This document shows, piece after piece, positions 8,965 to 16,407 of a DNA stretch of 64,000 bases; the first letter of the stretch is position 1, and each line of letters opens with the position of its first letter. The DNA lies in NCBI GenBank assembly GCA_002418285.1, contig DIDT01000045.1, forward strand, positions 41,250-105,249, read 5' to 3'. Source of the DNA: Phycisphaerales bacterium UBA5793. Its GTDB lineage: Bacteria > Planctomycetota > Phycisphaerae > Phycisphaerales > UBA5793. The notes under the pieces are model-generated. The model did no database searches. It was not told the DNA's origin and worked only from the letters and a program-made list of their open reading frames with translations. The translations under genes were made by a program, and so were the position numbers.

Positions 8965-10745
8965 TCCCCGGGCTCCTTACCTTCATCGCTCCAAGAACCA
9001 GTCTGATCGGCCCAGCTCCCTGCCGCTTGTGTCCACGATTCCGTGACTCGCGCCAAACGAGCCAGCTCCTCCATTCGAGCAAGGTCCGATTGCTGCTCAT
9101 CTGTCGAATTCTCCCGGACCAGGTAGTACATGTTGCCGAACCCGGTTCCGTGGTACTCTTCAATCGGACTACCAGTCACCTCCCCGGCCGGTCGGCTGAC
9201 GAGTTTCACTAGTCCTCGGGCCACGAGAACATCCAAATGGCGCCGCAGCGCATCATCGGCCAGTTCGTGCAGGGGCGATTCCAACCATTCGCGCATTGAA
9301 TGGACGGTAAATGTTGAAAAGACCGCCTCCCGATGCCCCTGGTAGGCGACTTGGTCGAACAATTGCCGCTGTTCGCGCGAGAGATCGGCGAATCTCCCAG
9401 ACCGTGTTAGACTCCCCACGGTCGGCGGTGTCGTTGGTTTCACGAGCTTGACCCCCGCAGACTTGAGGATTGCGTCTCGTTCCATTGCTTCGTGTTCCAG
9501 ACTCTCGCGGTTCGCCACTCGCCACTCGGCAGTAAGCTCGCCACTGAATGCATGTGCGAGTAGAGAGTCATTCAGATCTTTGAGCAGCGCATAGCCGCGC
9601 ATGTGTTCGTCGATTCCACGGACAGCGGACAATCTACTAGTAAAGTGCTTCTGCTGATTCGGCGGCAGAATCGGCACGGGAACGCTCTTGAGCCCGTCAA
9701 TATTGATGTTGTATTGCCCCGCTGAGGTTTTTGCCCTTCGCAGGATATCCATTCGACCACGGACAGTGCGAAGATACGCCAACAATACGTCGGGATGCAT
9801 GATGTCCGGTTTGAGGCGCCCGCGGATCAAGTACGATGCAAAGACGATCGCGTGTCCATCCTGCCCCGCTCTGATCGCGCGGTTCGAAGAAAACGTGGCA
9901 CTACGCCCGATGAACTCCGGATTACCGTTTGTTCGCACGAATAGCAAGTCACCATCGTGCAAAACGAGCTTCTCGAACTCCTGTTGTGTCAGCGACACCT
10001 TGACAAGGTCGTCGTACGACACATCGTTTCCGATCACGTTTGGGATTCGCAGAGTGGTGTATCCATCGTCTCCCGAAGCCGTAGAGGTACCGTATCGGAA
10101 CTCCTCCACAACCTCTCCGAGCGTGGTAGTCGGAAAGTCCACTATGGGATCACCAAACATCTCGTGGAAGATGGCGGGGGTGAGTCTAGCGGTGAGTTCA
10201 TCGGCTCGTCGTCGAAGGCGACGCACGGCGCGAGCCTCTTCGAGTATCGCAACGATGCGGCGCTGCTCACTCAACGGAGGAACGGGGATTGGAGCAACCT
10301 TCAAGAACTCAGCGGGCACTCGCTGCTGACCCGCAGAGCCCGAAAACGCAGCCTCAGCACGAGCGAGGAAGAATGGAGCGCGGATATACAGGAACAACCA
10401 CTCCGGTAAGATACTTGGTCCGGCACGAAGTACATGGAACTCCGTTGACCCGAAACCACGACCGCCCAGGAGGCCACGCGCAATCGCGGCCTTGCCATTC
10501 TGCATGCACGGCGTGATCTTCGCAAACAGGACATCGTTCTCAAGGAACGATGTGTATCCGGTTCGGACCTCGGCGATCTCCCGAATCTCCGGCTCGGCGA
10601 TTTCGCCCATGACCTCGTCGACTGCGGACATCGGCACAAAAGTCACCTCGCCCTCCTCGCCTCTCTCGATATGATCGCGAGGGTTGATCTCACAGACTTG
10701 AGCGAGACGAGCTAGGTACCACGTATTTGGTAATACCGACTTCAA
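8961..10745 (-). CDS. hsdS: type I restriction-modification specificity subunit HsdS with an extra C-terminal extension of about 190 aa
   Basis: There are two target-recognition regions (LPNTWYLARLAQVCEI...; FPTTTLGEVVEEFRYGTS...). They are separated and followed by the conserved helical regions PPLSEQRRIVAILEEARAVRRLRRRADELTARL and LPPNQQKHFTSRLSAVRGIDEHM...LLAHAFSGELT. The start is TTG at 10743-10745, sharing TTGA with the stop of the upstream remnant. The C-terminal tail contains LRRHLDVLVARGLVKLV (winged-helix-like). Confidence 0.85.
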   Translation of the reverse strand: MKSVLPNTWYLARLAQVCEINPRDHIERGEEGEVTFVPMSAVDEVMGEIAEPEIREIAEVRTGYTSFLENDVLFAKITPCMQNGKAAIARGLLGGRGFGSTEFHVLRAGPSILPEWLFLYIRAPFFLARAEAAFSGSAGQQRVPAEFLKVAPIPVPPLSEQRRIVAILEEARAVRRLRRRADELTARLTPAIFHEMFGDPIVDFPTTTLGEVVEEFRYGTSTASGDDGYTTLRIPNVIGNDVSYDDLVKVSLTQQEFEKLVLHDGDLLFVRTNGNPEFIGRSATFSSNRAIRAGQDGHAIVFASYLIRGRLKPDIMHPDVLLAYLRTVRGRMDILRRAKTSAGQYNINIDGLKSVPVPILPPNQQKHFTSRLSAVRGIDEHMRGYALLKDLNDSLLAHAFSGELTAEWRVANRESLEHEAMERDAILKSAGVKLVKPTTPPTVGSLTRSGRFADLSREQRQLFDQVAYQGHREAVFSTFTVHSMREWLESPLHELADDALRRHLDVLVARGLVKLVSRPAGEVTGSPIEEYHGTGFGNMYYLVRENSTDEQQSDLARMEELARLARVTESWTQAAGSWADQTGSWSDEGKEPGE

Positions 10746-11898
10746 ACCCTTTCCTCCACTCGCTGCAGCAGCCCGGCAAGATGGGCGCGAATCTCAGAGT
10801 GGATGCCGTCGAGCTTGCGGATTAGGGCGGCGGGCCTCTCGTGGTCGCCTGGGGCAAAGACAAAGGGTTTATGCCGACCGGCGGAGAGCATCAGATCGGC
10901 TGCCTCGATGCAGTCGGGATCGAGCCGATCGTGGAACTCTTCCTTTACTGTGCCGTCGTCGGAAAAGACATTCAGCCGACTAACAAGAAACTGGAGGTAT
11001 GCGGGATCGACATTGCCCTCCGCGTCGTGGGTCGGCTTGGTGATCTCCTGCTGGGTGTCGGGATCGTTGCCCCATGAGTCAAGGCGTGCCCAGGTGCGGA
11101 CAGGGGTGACCCACGCGAGCGTCTGATCATCCGGCTTCGGATTATCTTCGCTCACCACGCGCTTCTGTTCGCGTTGCTTTGTCTCAACGCCACGGAGCAC
11201 AAGGTCGTATCCGTCAAGCCGGGCGAAGCACTTGAGAATGGCGAGCTGCTCTTCCTCAGTAACTGCGTACTCCTTCGGCTTGGTCCGTTTCGTGCCGCTC
11301 CCGAAGCGACCATTGAGCGCCGTCCGCGCTTCGACTCTCGCCTTTTCGTAGGAGTCCTTCAGTACGGTAAAGGCATACTGGTCGTATTCGCGATCGAGGA
11401 TTCCTTGGTCGCGGTTGAGTTTCACGAGTTCGTTCCACAGCTTCCTGAGTCGGGAGTCGAGTTCCTTGTCGGCCTTGGCGACCTGTTTGGGTTTGGACTT
11501 CTCGTTGCAACCAATTGCGTGGGCGTCATTGACGAACTGCGTGGTGAGACCGTCAATGAGTGCCTCACCCTCCTCGGCCACGCAATCTGTGGCCTCGCCG
11601 GGATCACGGGGAAGGGTGGTGAAAACCTCGTGGATGCCTAACGCGTGACCGCTTTGTGATTGTTCTTCTGGAAAGGCTCGGAGAAAGTCCTCGTCAAGGA
11701 CTCGCCACCGCTCCGGCCAATACTCGGGCTGGTGGTATGCCTTGGTGATGGCCGCAGCACGAAGGCCAGGAGCGTCGGATCCCTAAAGGACCTCGTGCCA
11801 CGCGCGGAACTTCTCGACGGCGTCATACAGATCGTTGTCCTGGCCTTGGCGTTCCCTGCGCTTCTGGTCGAGGGTGAAAGCCTCCTCGGTGACCTCGT
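10742..11898 (-). pseudogene. 5'-truncated ORF of unknown function (possibly the C-terminal part of a large R-M / methyltransferase-associated protein), cut by the IS and carrying an in-frame TAG
   Basis: My translation of the minus frame continues upstream of the listed 279-aa ORF (10742..11581): ...GGKVNEVTEEAFTLDQKRRERQGQDNDLYDAVEKFRAWHEVL*GSDAPGLRAAAITKAYHQPEYWPERWRVLDEDFLRAF...CVAEEGEALIDG.... There is an in-frame TAG at 11783-11785. An upstream in-frame TGA at 11913-11915 lies already inside the IS left end. I recognised no methylase motifs. Confidence 0.6.
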
Positions 11899-11910
11899 TG
11901 ACCTTTCCCC
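11899..11910. repeat. IS3 left terminal inverted repeat
   Basis: TGACCTTTCCCC is the exact reverse complement of 13154-13165. Confidence 0.85.
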
Positions 11911-11952
11911 CTCAAACTGATCCAGATCTAGAGTGGTACTCTGGCGTGGATC

Positions 11953-12246
11953 ATGGAGGACAAGGTCATGAGCAGGAAGCGTTTCTCGGCTGAAGAGATC
12001 GTGAATAAGTTGCGTCAGGCGGATGTGCTGATCTCCCAGGGCCAGACCGTCGCGCAGGTGTGCAAACAGATCGCCGTCACCGATCAGACGTACTACCGAT
12101 GGCGCAAGGAATACGGCGGCCTGAAGACCGACCAGGCGAAGCGTCTGAAGGAACTCGAGCGGGAGAATGCTCGCTTGAAGCGTCTGCTGGCTGATGCGGA
12201 GTTGGACAAAGCGATTCTTCGGGAGGCCGCCAACCCAAACTTCTGA
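11953..12246 (+). CDS. IS3-family transposase OrfA
   Basis: RKRFSAEEIVNKLRQADVLISQGQTVAQVCKQIAVTDQTYYRWRKEYGGLKTDQAKRLKELERENARLKRLLADAELDKAIL is the typical IS3/IS407-group HTH plus coiled-coil OrfA. Confidence 0.9.
   Translation: MEDKVMSRKRFSAEEIVNKLRQADVLISQGQTVAQVCKQIAVTDQTYYRWRKEYGGLKTDQAKRLKELERENARLKRLLADAELDKAILREAANPNF
12234..12240 (+). promoter_or_regulatory. candidate -1 programmed ribosomal frameshift heptamer C CCA AAC
   Basis: In the orfA frame the codons are aaC CCA AAC ttc tga. The orfB frame is -1 and reads ...QPKLLSPQRKRAAVIHVMEQ... through the same site. The heptamer fits the X XXY YYZ pattern, 4 nt before the orfA stop. Confidence 0.6.
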
Positions 12247-12269
12247 GCCCGCAGCGGAAGCGTGCAGCG

Positions 12270-13136
12270 GTGATCCACGTGATGGAGCAGCTGCAGGTCT
12301 CCGAACGGCGGGCGTGTCAGGTATTGCGTCAGTCACGGATGACGCAGCGGTATCTTCCACAGGTTCGCGACGATGAAGAACCACTGACTCAACGGATCAT
12401 CGAGCTGGCGTGCGTGTACGGTCGGTACGGAACACCGAGGATCACGGCGATGCTGAGACGCGAGGACTGGCGTGTGAATCACAAACGGGTGGAACGCCTC
12501 TGGCGTGAGCAGGGACTGCGGATGCCGCGCCGGCAGCCCAAACGCGGTCGATTGTGGCTGAACGATGGATCATGCGTTCGACTTCGGCCGCAGCATCCGG
12601 ACCACGTGTTGGCGTATGACTTCGTGACGGCGCGGACGCACGAGGGCCGACCGTTCCGGATGCTCACGCTGGTGGACGAGTTCACCCGCGAGTGCCTGGC
12701 GATCGATGTGGCGAGGTCGTTGAAGGCGGATGATGTGCTGGAACGTCTGTCCTGGCTGTTCGCGATCCGCAGCGTGCCGGACTACATCCGATCGGACAAC
12801 GGCCCGGAGTTCACTTCGAAGGTGGTGCGGGACTGGCTGAATCGTGTCGGAGTGAAGACCTTGTTCATCGAGCCGGGCAGCCCGTGGGAGAACGGGTACG
12901 TGGAGAGCTTCAATGGCAAGCTGCGCGATGAACTGCTCAACGGGGAAATCTTCTATACTCTGAGGGAGGCAAAGGTGCTGACCGAACGATGGCGTGTGCA
13001 CTACAACAGAATCAGGCCGCACTCATCACTGGGCTACCGGGCGCCGGCCCCCGAGACGTTGGCTCCGATGGAGTCGTGCTCCGCTGCGCTGCGCACGTCT
13101 CCATCGGGTGTGCATTGCACCGAAGGACTAACATAA
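12270..13136 (+). CDS. IS3-family transposase OrfB (integrase/DDE core), normally made as an OrfAB fusion
   Basis: The translation contains VSERRACQVL...YGRYGTPRITAMLRREDWRVNHKRVERLWREQGL...AYDFV...LVDEFTRECL...IRSDNGPEFTS...FIEPGSPWENGYVESFNGKLRDELL...YNRIRPHSSLGY. The frame is open upstream to about 12222, consistent with frameshift fusion. Confidence 0.9.
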   Translation: MIHVMEQLQVSERRACQVLRQSRMTQRYLPQVRDDEEPLTQRIIELACVYGRYGTPRITAMLRREDWRVNHKRVERLWREQGLRMPRRQPKRGRLWLNDGSCVRLRPQHPDHVLAYDFVTARTHEGRPFRMLTLVDEFTRECLAIDVARSLKADDVLERLSWLFAIRSVPDYIRSDNGPEFTSKVVRDWLNRVGVKTLFIEPGSPWENGYVESFNGKLRDELLNGEIFYTLREAKVLTERWRVHYNRIRPHSSLGYRAPAPETLAPMESCSAALRTSPSGVHCTEGLT

Positions 13137-13153
13137 ACACTGGTACGAAACCC

Positions 13154-13165
13154 GGGGAAAGGTCA
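13154..13165. repeat. IS3 right terminal inverted repeat
   Basis: GGGGAAAGGTCA. Its last three bases supply the TGA stop (minus strand) of the neighbouring gene 13163..14299. Confidence 0.85.
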
Positions 13166-14299
13166 CGATCCAGAGATCGTCACATCCATCATGGCTCCGG
13201 CGAACATGGTGTTCGGAAATACGTCGTCGACATTCACTTCGCCAGGTGGCGGCGGAGCGATCTCGGCGCGCCACATTATCGCTTCATTGCGCTGGCGTTT
13301 GGTGTTGTAGCCATAACCAACGGCGTACACATAGGTGTCATCGTGCCAGACTCCACCCGCCATGGAGCTCTCGTACCTGCTGGGCAGGAACGCGTGCAGG
13401 TCCACGTAGGACTCGGGCGTGCCGCTCCACAGGGCGGCGCGATAGAGGTCGGGGGCGTAGACAAAGCCCACCTGGTACTCGCCGTCTCCACCCAGGCCCT
13501 CCGAGCTCCTGTTTACCCCGGGAGGATGCAGGTCCACCCAGGACTCGGCGGTTCCGTTCCACAAGCAGGCGTGAAAGCGCAGGGGTGAGCCCACCTTTGC
13601 GTAGCCCACCTGCTGGCCGCCACCCACGCCGAGGGCAAACGAAAGATCCGCGCCTGCGGGGTGCAGGTCAACCCATGACTCGGGCGTGCCGGTCCACAGG
13701 CCGGCGTGAGGACCGTCGCCCATGCCCGCCACGCCCACCTGCTGCCCTCCGTCCGCGTCACTGGCCTGAGCATTGGTCGCCCCGGCCCAGTAGGGAGTCA
13801 GGTCCACATACGACTCGGGTGTACCGTTCCACAAGCAGGCATATGGAGTTCCGGCGATGTAGAACCGGCCTACCTGTTGTCCACCATCGACACCGGTGGC
13901 GAACGATTGATCCGCGCCGGCGGGATGCAGGTCGACCCACGACTCGGGCGTGCCGGTCCACAGGCTGGCGTGATTGACGCCGTCCAGGGTGGCGTAGCCC
14001 ACCTGCTGGTAGCCGTTCATGCTGGATGCACTCGAGTTGCTCATCCCGGGGGGGTGCAGATCCACCCACGAGTTGGCGCTGCCGTCCCACAGGATGGCGC
14101 GTACGAAGCCACCCACATTGGCCCTGCCGACCTGCTGGCCGCCGTAGACGTCTGAAGCGCTCGAGCCGGCCGCCCCGCCGGGGTGCAGATAGATCACGTC
14201 CCACTGGGCATTCGCGCCCACCGGCGTTGCGAATGCGACGGCGCTAAGAGCGAGAATCTGCCAGGCGATCTGGCGTCCTTTTGTATTAACACATCCCAT
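13163..14299 (-). CDS. secreted repeat protein (about seven 45-aa GGQQVG...LW.GT.ESWVDLHP repeats, HAF-like), probably 3'-truncated by the IS
   Basis: The start is set at ATG 14297-14299 (MGCVNTKGRQIAWQILALSAVAFA signal-like), preceded by AAAGGA. The repeats are readable in the translation. The stop codon lies inside the IS inverted repeat. Confidence 0.7.
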   Translation of the reverse strand: MGCVNTKGRQIAWQILALSAVAFATPVGANAQWDVIYLHPGGAAGSSASDVYGGQQVGRANVGGFVRAILWDGSANSWVDLHPPGMSNSSASSMNGYQQVGYATLDGVNHASLWTGTPESWVDLHPAGADQSFATGVDGGQQVGRFYIAGTPYACLWNGTPESYVDLTPYWAGATNAQASDADGGQQVGVAGMGDGPHAGLWTGTPESWVDLHPAGADLSFALGVGGGQQVGYAKVGSPLRFHACLWNGTAESWVDLHPPGVNRSSEGLGGDGEYQVGFVYAPDLYRAALWSGTPESYVDLHAFLPSRYESSMAGGVWHDDTYVYAVGYGYNTKRQRNEAIMWRAEIAPPPPGEVNVDDVFPNTMFAGAMMDVTISGS

Positions 14300-14468
14300 G
14301 ATCCTGTCCTTTCTGGGCTGCAAATATGGACAATTGCTATCTTCTGACGTGCTTCGTGTGGCCTACGTCGATCGAGGCACAGGGCTCGAACGGCGCTCGC
14401 AACGACTGCGTGAACACCGCATGGCCGTGTCCCCTTCATGCGGAGTCGCTCAACTGAACTCCCGACCG

Positions 14469-16277
14469 TCATTGCACTTCATGGGTCACGACGTTGCTCT
14501 TCTTCGATTGCTGGGCGGCCTGCACCCAGACATGCCTGCCCTGCAGCCCGTTGGACACGAACCCGGATACACCGGCAATCCCGTATCTGTCTGCCGTTTT
14601 CGAAGCGATCAGTTGAGGTTGAGCCAGGTCCAGCGTCACGTTCAGTTGGCGGACATAGGTGCTGCCCAGACCATGCAGCGAAGCGACAAAGTAGACCCGC
14701 TCGCGCGGATTGCAATTCGACGCATCGATCCGGGCCAATTCGCCGGCGTGCAGTGATTCGACTCCAATGTAGATCTCGCCTGCCGTGTTCATCGCCGCGA
14801 CCACGGCTTCGTACGCATCGACGCGCCCGGCGCCGTATTCGTTGTCCGGCCCCGGATCGCCCAGGTCCACGCTCGTACTCATGAGCAGCTGCCTCACTTG
14901 CGCGTGGGTCAGCTCAGGATTCGCGCTGAGCATCAGCGCGATCGTTCCGGCCACGTGCGGCGTGGCGCTCGGCGACTGGTTGAAGTAGCCCGTGCAGTTA
15001 CTCGACGTGCTCCTGGTATTGTTGCCCGGTGCCGTGACCGTCGGCTTCATCTTCCCGGGCGGGTACGGCCAGTCGTTGTACGGGTCGATCCCTTCCCACG
15101 ACACCGGACCGCGGCTCGACCAAATCATCAGGTTGTCACTGCAGTCCGTATTGCCCACGGTGATCACCAGCGGCACGTCGCCCGGAGTCTCGACCGAGTC
15201 GATCCCGTATGCAGTGCCATTAACGGCTGCGGTAAACGTCACGACCACCCCGGCCGCCATGGCGTTTTCACACAACGCACGCCACACCGAGCGCTGCGGG
15301 TTCGCACCGTGCCGAAAGCCCAGGACCCCTACCATCACGTCCGCACCGTTGTCCACACAGTATTGCATCGAGTCCCAGACCGACTGCTCGCCCCTTGACC
15401 CCACATGGTTATAGATCCTGACGATCATCGCTTTCGCCGTCGGCGCCATGCCCGTTTGCGTGCCGTTGGTCCCGTCGCCTACGACGGTACCGGTCACGTG
15501 CGTTCCGTGTCCGCCCCTGTCCCCATCCGATACATCGTTGTTGTTGAACTCGAAGTTCCAGCCGTGGATGTCATCGATGTATCCGTTGTTGTCATCATCG
15601 ATTCCGTTGTTGGGGGTCTCGTTGGGATTGGTCCAGATCTGGTTCACCAGGTCCGGGTGCGTGATGCAGCAGCCGGTGTCGATCACACCGACCACCACGC
15701 CGGTTCCGGTGTTGCCGAAGTCGTTCCACACCTCAGGCGCCCGCATCAGGCTCACACCGCACTCGATCTCCGCGGTCGTCCCGCCATGGCCACCCTGATC
15801 GGGAAACATCTCCTTGCCGATTCGATGATCGAGGTACAGGTGCGCGACGTCACTGCGCTGCGCGACGTGCATCGCCACGTCGCGCGTCATTTCGGCCCCG
15901 ACCATGTTGTGAATCCAGAACGAGCGGATGTTGCCGCCGACGCTTCCCAGCGATTGCTCGTTGTGCAGGTATGCCAGCAACTCCGTCTGCGTGCGCTGTG
16001 CAATGGGCTTGAGAAAAGACTTCATCGCTTCGCGCTGCCCCGATCGCCGTTCAAAGTTGAAGATGGTCTGAACCGCCTCCCGCGGCGCCTGCTCGGTCAT
16101 CACAATCGTGATCGGCACGAGTTCGCTCGCCGCCGAGCCGCGCAGCACCTCCTGCAGATCCGGCGCAACTCGCTGCTGAAGCTGCACGGCATCGCCGAAC
16201 ACCTCCTGTGCAAAGCTGCCCGATTGGGCCGCCAGCACTATGCCTGCAACCATCATTCCTAGTACTCTGTGTCGCAT
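14469..16277 (-). CDS. secreted subtilisin-like serine protease (peptidase S8)
   Basis: The catalytic triad contexts are VGVIDTGC, GGHGTHVTGTV and SPSATPHVAGTIALM. The start is set at ATG 16275-16277 (MRHRVLGMMVAGIVLAAQSGSFAQE signal), preceded by AGGAGA. The ORF extends to 16439. Confidence 0.9.
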   Translation of the reverse strand: MRHRVLGMMVAGIVLAAQSGSFAQEVFGDAVQLQQRVAPDLQEVLRGSAASELVPITIVMTEQAPREAVQTIFNFERRSGQREAMKSFLKPIAQRTQTELLAYLHNEQSLGSVGGNIRSFWIHNMVGAEMTRDVAMHVAQRSDVAHLYLDHRIGKEMFPDQGGHGGTTAEIECGVSLMRAPEVWNDFGNTGTGVVVGVIDTGCCITHPDLVNQIWTNPNETPNNGIDDDNNGYIDDIHGWNFEFNNNDVSDGDRGGHGTHVTGTVVGDGTNGTQTGMAPTAKAMIVRIYNHVGSRGEQSVWDSMQYCVDNGADVMVGVLGFRHGANPQRSVWRALCENAMAAGVVVTFTAAVNGTAYGIDSVETPGDVPLVITVGNTDCSDNLMIWSSRGPVSWEGIDPYNDWPYPPGKMKPTVTAPGNNTRSTSSNCTGYFNQSPSATPHVAGTIALMLSANPELTHAQVRQLLMSTSVDLGDPGPDNEYGAGRVDAYEAVVAAMNTAGEIYIGVESLHAGELARIDASNCNPRERVYFVASLHGLGSTYVRQLNVTLDLAQPQLIASKTADRYGIAGVSGFVSNGLQGRHVWVQAAQQSKKSNVVTHEVQ

Positions 16278-16407
16278 GTGATTCTCTCCTTGATTTGATT
16301 CAGATAGCCCAAACTGAGTCGCCCACGCCCTTTCGATCGTTGACGCGATGAGCGTCACACAGACGAAGTCTGGATTCGGTGCACCTTTCCTGCACGGGTC
16401 TCTTTCG

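Larger units (their letters stand above)
11899..13165 (+). mobile_element. IS3-family insertion sequence (IS407-like OrfA/OrfB), 1267 bp
   Basis: It has perfect 12-bp terminal inverted repeats: TGACCTTTCCCC at 11899-11910 and GGGGAAAGGTCA at 13154-13165. It carries orfA (HTH/leucine-zipper type) and a -1 frame orfB with a DDE integrase core. The flanking triplets differ (CGT on the left, CGA on the right), so there is no clear target-site duplication. Confidence 0.9.

Noticed and set aside
11638-12384. 248-aa minus-strand ORF spanning the IS left boundary
   Set aside because: It crosses the IS3 inverted repeat and is antisense to orfA. The genuine minus-strand coding signal left of the IS is in a different frame (the 10742..11898 remnant).
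13138-13147. Shared word CTGGTACGA in the IS right end and at 46211-46219
   Set aside because: It is a 9-mer only, with no extended similarity around it. It is most likely coincidence.
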